DNA of 63,951 nucleotides, the filler included, from Aduncisulcus paluster (taxonomy: Eukaryota): assembly GCA_024181965.1 (NCBI GenBank). It is 13 parts of 13 records of this genome, joined end to end, with 100 filler letters (N's around TTAATTAATTAA, not from the genome) between each part and the next. Parts side by side here need not be neighbours in the genome. Positions count along the whole stretch, not along the records: positions 45,851 to 54,781 come from BQXS01012007.1; positions 54,882 to 58,841 come from BQXS01012008.1; 11 more parts are not named here. One strand, written 5' to 3'. The notes under the pieces are model-generated. The model searched no databases, was not told where the DNA came from, and saw only the letters and a program-made list of their open reading frames with translations. This document shows, in pieces, positions 45,852 through 58,941 of the stretch. The stretch's first letter is position 1; each line of letters begins with the position of its first letter. Position numbers and translations under genes: made by a program.

Positions 45852-48029
45852 TTTGCACCGGGGAACACTCTCATCTCTGATCTATCACCCATTGCATCCT
45901 TATCCTCGTTGTATGTGCTTGAGCTCGATTCCCTTGAAAACATGGATGTATCACTTCTGAGCACATTGACGGATGCTGTCGGTGCTCTGAAGATGGATCT
46001 TGAGTCTGACACTTCACGCTGGAATGGAACGTCTGAATCGTACTGTGTTGGTCTGTGTTCGTTGCGTTCCTTGGAGATCAGCGGGAGTGATGATTCCATT
46101 GGTTCCGACCTATCATCATTTACTTCTTTGCTGAACAACATTGCCATGTGCAGTGGTCAGTGTGTCGACAGTTATGATGATGCCTCTTCTTCTGATGGAA
46201 CGAAAGTGTATCCATTGTCATCCACTCTGACACATCTTGATCTGTCCTCCAATGGTATCTCTGACCCTACCATCGTTTCACTCCAGCCTGGTCTCTCTGG
46301 TGTGACACATCTGACTCTGAGTGACAACTCCATCTCTGACCTTGCTCTGTTGCAACAGACCATTGATGGTCTTGAGAATGTCGCATATGTTGATGTGAGT
46401 GACAATAGACTTGATTGTGGGTCGACTGTGTCTGAGTGTTTCGAAACCCTTGATGAACTGTGTGAGCGAGATTTGTCAGGAGATGGTGTTGAAATTGTGT
46501 TCGGAGATGTGGATGACCCGTCCGGATTCGTTTCCCAGGATACGACGTCTGCATGTGGATCTGACTCTTCCTCTACTTCTTCCTCTTCATCATCATGTTC
46601 ATATCTGGAAGATCATCGTGTGTGTGGAGTTGATTACTCTGTGGATGATGTGGATGACACTGAGTTGGCATGCATCTGTGGGTCAGGATACTATGAAGAC
46701 ATATCCTCTGGTGAATGTGTGTTAGCTTCTTCTTCTTCTTCTTCTGCATGCTCCAACTGTGGTGGTGAGCGTGGTACATGTGTGTATGATGCTGACTCTA
46801 GCGATGAATCATTGTCATTCTGTGAGTGTTCAGATGAATGGTATGGAACTGATTGTTCATCAATTTGTCCTGTTTCTGATGATCTTGGTTTGTGCAGTGG
46901 ATCTTCTCGTGGAACATGTGATGCTGCCACCCATACATGTGTGTGTGAATCTGGGTATTATGGGTCAGCATGCCAATTGAGTTGTTCCGATGACGATTCT
47001 TGTGAGGGGAATGGAACATGTTCTGTTGGATCCTTCCTTGATCCATCCTCTTCTGATCCTTCTTCTGTATCTTCTGAAGCTATTGTATGTGAATGTTCCT
47101 CAGGATGGTATGGATCATCATGTTTCTCAACAATCCCCACCGACGTGTTTGTGTCCTCCGATGGAGATGCTGAGGACTATCTTTGTGGTAGGGATTATTC
47201 TTATTCCGATAGTTCTGATCCCACAACCGCAAGCTATTCTGCATATGCGAATGAATCATCATCCACATGTGAATGTGCTCCACATGGCCTTGCTCTGAGT
47301 TCGTCTTCTGGGACATGCATTGATCCTGCAACACACCCAGATTATAAGGATATTGATGGCAATTCCACTGCATGTGTTGGATGTGGTACGTCTGAGGATA
47401 GCCATGGAAGATGTGTCATTGACGAATCGACTCTTCTTGCATCATGCGCGTGTGAATCTGGATGGACAGGGGATAGTTGTACAGCTGGCGTATGTCCCCT
47501 TTCAACTCTTGGAGAACTGTGTAGCAATAATGGTGAGTGCAATATTACTTCCCAACAATGCGAATGTTTTACTGATCCCTCGACAGATATCCAGATTTGG
47601 TTCGGAGACGCATGTGCTAGTGTTTGTCCAACTAACCCTATAACCAATGTCTTGTGTTCAGGCCTTGGAGTGTGCAACCCTCTATCTCACGAATGTCTTT
47701 GTTCGTGGGGTTTCAGTGGAGATGCTTGTCAGTTCAATATGTGTGCCATTGGTTATGGAATGAATAGTAATCTATCGGAATGTTTCGATCATGGCTCATG
47801 TTCGGCTGGATTCTCATCGAAAAATGAGCCTCCTTTCTTCTGCAATTGTATTCCGGGATGGGGAGGAATGTTCTGTGAACGTGATATCTGTTGGTGTGAT
47901 CCTTCAAGATCCTTTGGCTGTGCTACTATTCAGGATGGATCTCGGGCCTGCAAATGCAAGGAAGGGTGGTATGGAAGAGCTTGTGAAAGGAAATATTCTG
48001 GTTCAACGCCTCCATTTAGTTTTTTTTAA
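45852..48029 (+). CDS. LRR plus tandem EGF (tenascin-like) Cys-rich protein, 5'-partial
   Basis: LRRs (LTHLDLSSNGISDP, LTLSDNSISDL) followed by about ten EGF-like units (C.C..GWYG..C, CSNNGEC, CIPGWGGMFC). Confidence 0.92.
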   Translation, partial: FAPGNTLISDLSPIASLSSLYVLELDSLENMDVSLLSTLTDAVGALKMDLESDTSRWNGTSESYCVGLCSLRSLEISGSDDSIGSDLSSFTSLLNNIAMCSGQCVDSYDDASSSDGTKVYPLSSTLTHLDLSSNGISDPTIVSLQPGLSGVTHLTLSDNSISDLALLQQTIDGLENVAYVDVSDNRLDCGSTVSECFETLDELCERDLSGDGVEIVFGDVDDPSGFVSQDTTSACGSDSSSTSSSSSSCSYLEDHRVCGVDYSVDDVDDTELACICGSGYYEDISSGECVLASSSSSSACSNCGGERGTCVYDADSSDESLSFCECSDEWYGTDCSSICPVSDDLGLCSGSSRGTCDAATHTCVCESGYYGSACQLSCSDDDSCEGNGTCSVGSFLDPSSSDPSSVSSEAIVCECSSGWYGSSCFSTIPTDVFVSSDGDAEDYLCGRDYSYSDSSDPTTASYSAYANESSSTCECAPHGLALSSSSGTCIDPATHPDYKDIDGNSTACVGCGTSEDSHGRCVIDESTLLASCACESGWTGDSCTAGVCPLSTLGELCSNNGECNITSQQCECFTDPSTDIQIWFGDACASVCPTNPITNVLCSGLGVCNPLSHECLCSWGFSGDACQFNMCAIGYGMNSNLSECFDHGSCSAGFSSKNEPPFFCNCIPGWGGMFCERDICWCDPSRSFGCATIQDGSRACKCKEGWYGRACERKYSGSTPPFSFF

Positions 48030-48569
48030 GGATTGATTTAAATAATCAACATAACTCGTATTCTTTCTTTTGTTGTGTCGAGTCTTTTTGACGTTCTTTC
48101 TTATTTTATTCACAATAATTATTGTTGCAATTTGGACTTCTTAATCTTATTCTTTTTTTTCTCAATTTACACTTTTTTTTTTCACTTCATTTACATATTT
48201 CATAATAAGTTATTTCATAATAACTAATTTTTTATAATATCACTTAAATTTCGTTCATGATTTCCTTCTCTTCTCTCGATTCATGATCACAGATTGGATG
48301 TCAATAGCTAATGTCATTAGATTTCAAAGTCTAATTTTAATATTATTAACTTTAATAATCTTTTTTCTCAATTTTCATTGGTTTTTCATGTTGAAAGCTG
48401 AATATTTGAATTTTCAAATAAATATTCTTTCACGGTTCTTTCGGTATAATTGCAAGTCTAGGAGCTTTGTGCATGGGGCATGTATGATTATTCTCTTTAT
48501 ATTTTGTCTTCTTCTTTCTATGTTGATGTGCCAAGTTGAAACATTCAATCAGCAAAACCATTAATATTA

Positions 48570-49922
48570 TTTCATGAATCTTGGATAAGATGCTAGGCTT
48601 AAAGAGATGATCAATAGGATATTTTGGGATTCCATATTTTGAGCAAAATTCTTTTATCATGTTCTATCAACATCTGGATATTTCCAACCAACACCTATCT
48701 TTGGAAGCAGAAGTTTGATAGATTGTACCTTCTCTCGAGCAACGTCCTTGATTTGATGTTCTTTTTGATCCTTAGAATCGGGGTTTGTCTATCTCGAAAG
48801 TATGAAAAAATCCTTCAATATGAATATCTCTGTCTTACATAGTCGTCTGCCAGCGATCTGACAGAACAGCTACTTGGACAGTCGTTGGATGTGTTTCCAA
48901 GTGAACGGAATACGGAATATGGAAAGAATAAATTGTTTTATCCTATTTGAATAACATTGTTTTGATATATTCGAGTCAATCTCGGCTTGGTAAATTTTCC
49001 CCGATTACGCTCTCCTTTCATCATCATTTTTGCATAAGAACTCTGATCATAATTTTTATCACCTTTTCCCTCGGTTCTATTCTTGGCTTCGATAACAACA
49101 AAGTCTGGACTCTTAACATTCGCAGCATCTCGAGGAATTGGAGAGCAAGATAAATCACCTTCATGAATAAACTCTGGTTTAACTTCTTGAATCTAACAAA
49201 TTAATTGAGTTTTTAGTGGAAATAGAACAAAAACAAAAACGAAAGAGAAAAGGAGTTATGAAAGCAATATGGGCATTATTTTTCAAATTAATTATGTCAA
49301 ACATCATAAAATGTATAAATTCGAAAACTTTCAGAAACATACAATATCTTGGCTACGTTCTGAGCTTGATTTTGGATCCATTGTGTTCTAAAATGTCTAT
49401 GATGAGAACACGAACAATACTAAAAATGATATGATAATTTTAACAAAGAATACCACCACAATCATCGAACAATTTAGTGAATTTCAAGGAGGAAATGACG
49501 ACAAGAACAAAAAGAACAGCCAGCGAGAGAACCAGTGAATAAAACAGGGTGATTATGGATTGACAAGAAGTTAATATCTAACTAATGAAAAATTATGACA
49601 TACAATATTTTCAATATTTCTTTTACAATGGGAAGAAATGAAGTTTTAGAATTCAAAACTCTGTATGATAACAATGCAGGATAACATTGCAGAATATATC
49701 GATTAAAATATATAAATGTTTTCTTTCTAACATATATTGGATACTAGTCTTGTCATTCCACTCCTGATACAAAATCGTTTCCAAAGTCCCGAGTTTTGTT
49801 CACATATTGGATTGTAAAGTTTTTTTGTGTTATGATAAGTTATGGACGTTGTCTGTGAATGTTGTGGACTTATTGGTAGGGTATAGTTCTGCTTTCTTGA
49901 TTTTCGTTTCTTCTGGGCTCAT
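48570..49922 (-). pseudogene. Possible decayed multi-pass membrane protein gene
   Basis: ATG at 49922, then short frames broken by stops and frameshifts, with hydrophobic stretches (IITLFYSLVLSLAVLFVLVVISSL; MIVVVFFVKIIISFLVLFVFS). AT-rich DNA can mimic this. Confidence 0.25.
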
Positions 49923-50551
49923 TTGATTATTCAAATTCATTTATTTTACTTTTCCTCGATAGAAATATGCCTGAAAAAGGAATTAATGACATAAACTATG
50001 TCGAGAAAGGGATCAAGCAATCGCCTTCCTGAGGAAGGCTTCCTCAAGATACTATTTCACCACTATAATGCAATTGAACTGACCTGGAGTCATCAATATT
50101 GTCTACTATTCATAAATGTAATATTTTTGTTTAAATGGTCAAATTCAAATCATTACGAATTATCCTTCCTCTTTAAACTCATCCCTCAAAAATCATGTCG
50201 CCAGAATCTCTATATACTGTACCATACTGTACTATATTACTGTACCTGAAGTTGTCCCTTGATGAAATTCTACACTTTCACAGCTTTTCTCTGTTCGAAT
50301 TTGAATGAAGGAGTCAATCTCGGCTTCATACCAATCATTAATGTATATATTGAATCGTATCTCCATACTGCTACTATACAATACTAATCTATTGATGTGA
50401 TAACGAGTGTAATTAATTAAATAATCATTGAATATCAGGAGAAGAGCACACAAGTAACTATTATCTTCACCACAGGAAGAATAGAATATAAATCAACCTT
50501 TGAATGCGAGTAGATCAAAAGATATGTACCGTGTTGCTTTTCAGGTCATGA

Positions 50552-51766
50552 TTATTCGGTAATAATGACATTTTCTATGGGTAATTGCAACCAATCTACC
50601 CAAGCTCTACCTCTAGAAGTATGTAAACTATCAAGAACAGGTTCACATTCCCATCCATATCTTTTTAAAGCACTCACCAAAGAAAGAGCAAATAGTTTCT
50701 CTTTTTTCCTCTTCAACCCTGCTTCAATCGTGCCACTTTTCCCTAATCTATCGGCTTCTTGGGGATAATCTTTCATAATAACCTCAATGAATATCCCTTT
50801 CCCCTTCATTTCACTTCCACGGACTCTTCCCATACTTCTGGCTAGGTCAGGGCTATCTGATACAGTTTCATCATTGTTTCCACCAATACCCATCATATTT
50901 CTGCGCACTTTTTCAATCACACGCTCCCTTTCGCGCTCTCTCCGAAGAATCTTGGCCGATGGTCTCCGGATTGGTGGTGGATTGAATGTAGAAAGAGATA
51001 TCAGAGATATTGAGAAAGTTGATGCAAAATATGGGGGTAATCCGATTGTTTTGGCGAAATAAAATGCTGATGGTGGAGGAGAGTGTGATATTGAAGGGAA
51101 TGAATCTCTAACACTGGGAATATGGGACCCAGGAGTTGTCAAGAGAGAAGAAATACTAGAATCGCGTAGGATAGCCTTTGATTTGCCTCTTTTCTCCTGA
51201 ATACGCTCTTTGAGTTCGCTTTCTTTCCAACTTTGCTCGCCACGGGAATAATGACATGAAATTCGATGATGGCCACTCTCTGATGAACTCGAGGTAGATA
51301 CCTCACATATAACTGTTTCAGAACGTGTGCTGGGAGTAGATGATATAACGGGGGCGGGCATTTGAGCAAAAGTTTGAGAGTGATCCGTCCCAGATCCATC
51401 AGAAATAAATGACCATTCAACTCCTTTACACGAGGCTATTTTCCATATGCTGTACATTCCTAATGATTTAAAAATATCTAATAATCCAGAATTCGTCGGT
51501 AATGATGAAGTGGGAGCATATAATGTCTTCCAAACGATTTCAGATTCTCCATCATCAAATGACACTAATATAGCACGTGTAATAACATCACCGAGTCCTA
51601 AGGCCATAGAACTACTCGATTTGGTATCAAATTCAATAACATCTGCTTTCATATAGTCAGTTTTATCCTTTTGGTCAACTAAGGGTGAAAAAGAACCAAG
51701 AAGATCTTTTACAGTCGAATATACATCTCCTTCAAATCCATATGGAGGTTGAATCTCAATAATCAT
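50552..51766 (-). CDS. Hypothetical protein (404 aa)
   Basis: Complete ORF, divergent from the next gene across roughly 175 bp. Confidence 0.75.
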   Translation of the reverse strand: MIIEIQPPYGFEGDVYSTVKDLLGSFSPLVDQKDKTDYMKADVIEFDTKSSSSMALGLGDVITRAILVSFDDGESEIVWKTLYAPTSSLPTNSGLLDIFKSLGMYSIWKIASCKGVEWSFISDGSGTDHSQTFAQMPAPVISSTPSTRSETVICEVSTSSSSESGHHRISCHYSRGEQSWKESELKERIQEKRGKSKAILRDSSISSLLTTPGSHIPSVRDSFPSISHSPPPSAFYFAKTIGLPPYFASTFSISLISLSTFNPPPIRRPSAKILRRERERERVIEKVRRNMMGIGGNNDETVSDSPDLARSMGRVRGSEMKGKGIFIEVIMKDYPQEADRLGKSGTIEAGLKRKKEKLFALSLVSALKRYGWECEPVLDSLHTSRGRAWVDWLQLPIENVIITE

Positions 51767-51941
51767 CGATAAAGTTTCTAATTCACGCAGAAAAAGCCAA
51801 GTTGTTTCTGGATGACACTAAGCTCACAAGAATAATATAACATTTCCTTCTTTTTGCCTAAAACTCCATGCTAATAAATATTTAATTGTGAATGTTTTGC
51901 CAAAACATATTATTCGAAGATAACTGTTGCCTACTCCTGTG

Positions 51942-54781
51942 ATGATTGCCGATGTGTTTGATTTCTTCGACTTTTGTTTCCCTGTTACATCTATGAATCC
52001 ATTCTTGAGAAAGCTTCGCTCGAGTGTGGATCGTGATGAGATCCATCGTGAAATATTATCATATAAATGCGAGACAACCAAGAAGCTCAGGATATTGAAA
52101 TTAGCGACGAAATACATTTCATCTCTCGAAATAGCCAAGCTATATGTGGAAGCCTTTAAAGAAATTAGTGTTTATATCCTTGATCATGGATCAAAGAGAA
52201 GCTTATCGATTTCAATCACTTTTATGACGCAAGCCTTTTCGAATAGTTCTTACTTATGTCAAGCTTTAAAGGAAGATGAGTCATGGATGAAGAAAGAATA
52301 CATTATTTTGGCTTGTTCTACCCCTGTATCGATAGCTAAACGATTTGTCACTGATTTATTGTTTTTAACGTTTACTCCACTCCCTCCAAATGTTATTTCC
52401 CTTCTTCCACGGTTATATCGTCGTTTTTCCTTTGATGATATCATTGATATTCCCTCTTTGACGAATTCTATGCAAAAAGTGAATGAACATTTTATTACGG
52501 CCGTATATCCTGCCTTGGTGTACTGTCGCGGTCCATTCCCGGAAGGGTCTTATGTTTTTGTTCACTATGCCAACCGTTATATGATGCAGAAATACGTAAC
52601 TCCAGTCGATGCTAACTGTGTGGGTATTCTCACTGCTACTAGCATAATTGACGATGTATTCGACGGAAAAGCTGACATATTCCGCTGGGCCGTCGAGGGA
52701 TTTGCCATAATGTTGAGAAGATTGAGGCCTAAAGATAGATCTCACTTCATGGGTCTAATTTTGGAAATGCTCGGTGTCGATACCTGGATAGAGGACTGTT
52801 CATCGGAAGAAAAGAAAGAAGATGAAGTCGAAATGGTCATTCCTCCTGCCCACAGACGTAAGACCACTCTCCCACACACGAAATCATACCTCTGTCATGT
52901 TCTGTGCGGTTTATTGTGGTTATCTGATGAAATCGAGTCTGTTGAACCTTTATCTCTCGTGAAAACAGTTTCTCAACTTGCCAATGCTATTATTAGCCCC
53001 AAGATGAGAAAGACTCTCGATCTGATGACAGTAGCTGTTGATAAACACGTTTCCCAATATTCAGAACATTCTTCTCAGAAAGAACAGCAACAAAAAGACA
53101 CAGACGATGATGGTATATGTGACATTGCTGGATTTGATAGTTTCTCAGCCCTTTCATCAACTCTGAAGGATATTATAAGCACCAACCTCCCATCTACCAC
53201 CTCAAAGTCTCTATTTTTACCCTCTGAGAAAAACTTTTCTGCTCTTTTGTCCCTATGTGTTTGTATGGGTGAAGTATGTGCTTGCTCAGCAAGAATGTAT
53301 AAACTCAAGTGTAAGAAGTCAAGTAGTGGTCTCAAACGTTCGTCTGGANNNNNNNNNNNNNNNNNNNNCTTCTCAGAAAGAACAGCAACAAAAAGACACA
53401 GACGATGATGGTATATGTGAAATTGCTGGATTTGATAGTTTCTCAGCCCTTTCATCAACTCTGAAGGATATTATAAGCACCAACCTCCCATCTACCACCT
53501 CAAAGTCTCTATTTTTACCCTCTGAGAAAAACTTTTCTGCTCTTTTGTCCCTATGTGTTTGTATGGGTGAAGTATGTGCTTGCTCAGCAAGAATGTATAA
53601 ACTCAAGTGTAAGAAGTCAAGTAGTGGTCTCAAACGTTCGTCTGGAGCCACTACTCTCTCCCATGATGATGTTGAGGAAGAAGAAGTGCGCAAACAAGAT
53701 CTTGCATGTGGTGTGGGTTCCAAAGATGATGTTTCATGCGGTCAACCGTGTATATCAGTGCATGTTTTACCTGTATTTATGCTTCTTTTGGACTCTAGAT
53801 TGCTTGACTGTGGTATATTGAGCGAGGAAAAGGGCAATATGCAACGTGGAGAAGAGTCTGTTGCCTTCACGACATCAAAGCCCGGTGCACTCGTTGTATC
53901 TCAGACCCTCAAGAGTGTTTTATCGTATATTTTAGCTCTTGAAGATGGTGAGGCCGTTGCCATCTGTGCTCTCTTGCATGACAAGATGTGTGATATCCAT
54001 AAGGCTATATGTGAAGAGGATATTACCATTGTCCGTCCCATTGTCATTTTATTGGGAGCTTTCTTCTTTGTGCATGAATATATGGTGCAAAAATACGAAC
54101 AAATGGAGATGCCTGATGAAATATCGAGGAAATTATTCGAGACCATCTCAAAGCAACATCATAAGATTCACCGTGGTCGTTTCTTGTCAATGTTCACGCC
54201 TGCCACTTGCGAACAGGCTGACAGATTGACTGTCGATGCCACCTGCATCCTTGTTGAAGTTCTCTCTTTCTTGCGAGTCGCCGGAGAGGGTCTCCTTGAA
54301 GATATCGGCGGTCTTGATGTGCTCCATCAAACTACAATGCCACATTCTACTATATCTGGTGGAGCAGGGGCAAGCAGTACTAGAGGTGCTGTCGGTGCTG
54401 TCGGTGCTGTAAGTAACCTAGGAAGAGGAGAAGAAGAAGAAGAAGGAGAAGAGGAAGAAGGCGAGAAGAAACGAGAAACGACAACTCTGACTTCTAGTTC
54501 TTCTGCCACTTCCATTCTTGCACAGGATGAGTCGCTATCATACTTATGTGCGGCTAAAGAGAATAGTTTTAGTAGTGTTGCTCTTTTCGTGACCTCTGCT
54601 GCTCCTTCCATCAGAAGGAGAGCTAGATTCGCCATAATGAACTGCACTTCCGAGTTCTCTGCCATATCCCATGACATTTTGTTCTCCCTTTTGATCCCTT
54701 CAAGTTGCAGACGTGGGACAATATCTGCAAATGAGTGTGATTCACAGGCGTTGTATTGCTTTAGAGTGCTAGATATCCCAA
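51942..54781 (+). CDS. Large hypothetical alpha-helical (HEAT/ARM-like) protein, 3'-partial
   Basis: Two track ORFs merge after removing the overlap duplicate (53071-53348 = 53369-53646) at the N gap. Confidence 0.8.
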
Positions 54782-56013
54782 NNNNNNNNNNNNNNNNNNN
54801 NNNNNNNNNNNNNNNNNNNNNNNNNTTAATTAATTAANNNNNNNNNNNNNNNNNNNNNNNNNNNNNNNNNNNNNNNNNNNNATGACAAACTCATCGTTCA
54901 ATGTTTTTCATCATCTATGTTTTAGTCCATTTTCTAATTTAAATATATTTCACCCTTCAATCACCAATGTGCGATGTTGCTGTGTAAGATAAAAAAGACA
55001 TTTTAAGGATCAGCTCCGTAGAGCCCAACACTTATAGTGCAAAGACCATTTCACAGGTTCTTTCTTTTTTCTAGTAAACTATTAAACCCCACCACAGGGC
55101 AATGCCAAAAGTCCAAATATTGATTGGCATCATAGAGCGTGGTGGGATTTATTATTAAGGTTATGAAACTGATTAATTTATCAACCGATGAGAAAGATAA
55201 CGAAGAAGGAAGGAAGAAGGAAGGAAGAAGAAGGAAGGGAGAAGAAGGGAAAGTAGTGAAGAGAGAAGAGAGTTCTGGATATACAATGGGGTCTAATAAC
55301 TAAAAGATATCAATGAATGTATCTAATGAAAGACAGATTGCATGTTGTTCATGACACGGTTCGATGTCCTTGATTGTGGTTATTGTATTTAATGCACACA
55401 TATGGTCCACTTGAAATGTAGATGGTATTTAGAACAACCTCTAAGACATTATGGAACGATATGGATGTCATGTTTGACCCAGTCAGAGAGAGTCAAGGAG
55501 AAGCACAGGTGGAAGGAAGGGACGAGTAATGAAGGATATAAACCAAGGGTCGTTCACGTTATTCATGTTGGTGACCAATGTTATATATAAATATATATAT
55601 TCGTGATAGTAAGGGAAGAAGAAGAGTCTTGAGGAGAGAAAGAAGAGAGTGAAGGCCAGACCAAGAGGCAATCGCACAATGGTTATTCTGAGAGAGAGAG
55701 ACAAAGATGGCTTGCTCGCCACTGTTCTTGCGATGCAGCGAGTCAACAAATCCTGTAATCCAACAAATCCTGCAATCCAATCCACAATGATAATAGAAGA
55801 GATAGTATAGTATAATATAGTATAAGAGCCAAGGATCTTTCTGTGAGGCTCCATTAGGGAGGCAGAGTTGATGACACACCGTCATTGAGGTGGTTCTATT
55901 CAATAATAATATACACAGAAGAACATAGCTCGGAAGACAATCAGTCAACCCATTTGTATTTAATAAAGCTTCATTTACATTCTGTTTACACTCAGTTTCT
56001 TCACGAAGGCTTT

Positions 56014-56147
56014 CTTTGTCAGTATGGTAGAGTAGAAGCGAAAGATGGAGTAGAACAACATCATGAACAAGAAAAGTAAAGAAGGGCTTTGGAGTGTCAG
56101 AATAGAGTACATCATAGGCACATGACCTGTTTATATAGTCCTGAATC

Positions 56148-56185
<38 letters not shown>

Positions 56186-58085
56186 ATCTTGGGTCAGGTT
56201 GAATAGTCTATCGTTTATAAATCCATTACTCTGAAGTTCAGATCCAATGCACATGAATATATAAATATATATATCACAGATCCATCAATATAACATCAAG
56301 TAGAAATAGAACAAACCAAATAAGATAAGATATAATATTTTTTTTGGTAGAGGTTCCCCCACTTTTCTCAGCCACCGCCGGTGGAAAGTTTGTATTTTTT
56401 TTTTTTTGTTTTTGTTTTTTTGGGAAAAAAATATATTAAAGAAATGTACAGTGCAACCACCGTACAGGGGGAACCCCCACGGATGGGGGTAAAAGGGGGG
56501 AAATTTACTACATAGATTGGCAGAAAATAAAAGAATCAAGTTCATTGGGCAGATCAAGTTCTCTTCTTATGTTGTTTGAAATGTTCAGAGAGAGAGAGAA
56601 AGAGAGAGAGGGAAGGAAAAAGCTTGGATTCTGCAAAACAAAGGAAAGATCACGAATCAAGAATCATCATCCAAGAATAAGATGATGTGACACACAGATT
56701 GGGGAATAGCATTGATGTCATTGATGCTATTGATGTGATATTCGAGATTCAAATGAGTTAAGCGAGGAGCTGTTGTGTCAATTTGTCAATTATTTTCAGA
56801 GACAATGGGTGGAAACCAGGAGCAACGAACAGAACCAGAAAGTTGAGTGTTANNNNNNNNNNNNNNNNNNNNAAGGTGAGAAAGATAACGAAGAAGGAAG
56901 GAAGAAGAGAAGGAAAGGAGTGAAGAGAAGAGAGTTCTGGATATACAATGGGCTCCAATATGACAGTTCGATGGCTTTCATTGAGTTCATCAGTATAGAT
57001 TCGATGAAGGGCACTGGGGTTAGAGAGAACCTATTATATTGGTCTGGTTTTCAAGAATGGAAGGACCTAGGTTCCAAGAATCAAGAAGAAGCTTGTATCC
57101 AACTGTGGACATAGACATTTCTTGAGGATGTTCCAATAGAACCATAATCATTCGAAGATGTCACAAGCCTTTTGGTAGTGGTCAACAATAAATAAATATT
57201 CAAGAAAACAATTCAACTTATCGTCATACTCAGCATTGAGATTTCACAAAACAACTTACTTAAAAAGGAATAAAATGTAACATGCAGAAATTCGAAGCAG
57301 CAAAATTTCAGAAGTGACAGGCGATTCATTACTCTCACATTCAGCATCATAGGCACATGACCTGTTTATATAGTCCTGAATCATCAGAGAGAGAGAGAGA
57401 CCATCTTGGGTCAGGTTGAATAGTCTATCGTTTATAAATCCATTACTCTGAAGTTCAGATCCAATGCACATGAATATATAAATATATATATCACAGATCC
57501 ATCAATATAACATCAAGTAGAAATAGAACAAACCAAATAAGATAAGATATAATATTTTTTTTGGTAGAGGTTCCCCCACTTTTCTCAGCCACCGCCGGTG
57601 GAAAGTTTGTATTTTTTTTTTGTTTTTGTTTTTTTGGGAAAAAAATATATTAAAGAAATGTACAGTGCAACCACCGTACAGGGGGAACCCCCACGGATGG
57701 GGGTAAAAGGGGGGAAATTTACTACATAGATTGGCAGAAAATAAAAGAATCAAGTTCATTGGGCAGATCAAGTTCTCTTCTTATGTTGTTTGAACTGTTC
57801 AGAGAGAGAGAGAAAGAGAGAGAGGGAAGGAAAAAGCTTGGATTCTGCAAAACAAAGGAAAGATCACGAATCAAGAATCATCATCCAAGAATAAGATGAT
57901 GTGACACACAGATTGGGGAATAGCATTGATGNNNNNNNNNNNNNNNNNNNNCTTTGTCAGTATGGTAGAGTAGAAGCGAAAGATGGAGTAGAACAACATC
58001 ATGAACAAGAAAAGTAAAGAAGGGCTTTGGAGTGTCAGAATAGAGTACATCATAGGCACATGACCTGTTTATATAGTCCTGAATC

Positions 58086-58123
<38 letters not shown>

Positions 58124-58790
58124 ATCTTGGGTCAGGTTGAATAGTCTATCGTTTATAAATCCATTACTCTGAAGTTCAGATCCAATGCACATGAATATAT
58201 AAATATATATATCACAGATCCATCAATATAACATCAAGTAGAAATAGAACAAACCAAATAAGATAAGATATAATATTTTTTTTGGTAGAGGTTCCCCCAC
58301 TTTTCTCAGCCACCGCCGGTGGAAAGTTTGTATTTTTTTTTTTTTTGTTTTTGTTTTTTTGGGAAAAAAATATATTAAAGAAATGTACAGTGCAACCACC
58401 GTACAGGGGGAACCCCCACGGATGGGGGTAAAAGGGGGGAAATTTACTACATAGATTGGCAGAAAATAAAAGAATCAAGTTCATTGGGCAGATCAAGTTC
58501 TCTTCTTATGTTGTTTGAACTGTTCAGAGAGAGAGAGAAAGAGAGAGAGGGAAGGAAAAAGCTTGGATTCTGCAAAACAAAGGAAAGATCACGAATCAAG
58601 AATCATCATCCAAGAATAAGATGATGTGACACACAGATTGGGGAATAGCATTGATGTCATTGATGCTATTGATGTGATATTCGAGATTCAAATGAGTTAA
58701 GCGAGGAGCTGTTGTGTCAATTTGTCAATTATTTTCAGAGACAATGGGTGGAAACCAGGAGCAACGAACAGAACCAGAAAGTTGAGTGTT
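56014..58790. repeat. Three direct copies of a 0.6-0.8 kb non-coding repeat with an (AG)n tract and GC-rich hairpin core
   Basis: 56014-56851 matches 57952-58790. 57345-57931 is a partial copy with a shorter AG tract and a different 5' flank. Confidence 0.92.
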
Positions 58791-58941
58791 TTTTGTTTGT
58801 AGCAGTATTTTAGGGAGTAGTATGGCAAATAACAAACGGTTNNNNNNNNNNNNNNNNNNNNNNNNNNNNNNNNNNNNNNNNNNNNTTAATTAATTAANNN
58901 NNNNNNNNNNNNNNNNNNNNNNNNNNNNNNNNNNNNNNNNN

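Noticed and set aside
48030..48564. Hydrophobic frames after the EGF protein as a frameshifted TM anchor or separate membrane protein
   Set aside because: Very T-rich DNA yields F/L/I-rich translations by chance, and joining would need more than one frameshift.
56285..56557. Repeated ORFs such as MICPMNLILL... and MCIGSELQ... in the repeat contig
   Set aside because: They cross homopolymer and AG tracts whose lengths vary between copies and shift the frame, so they are non-coding.
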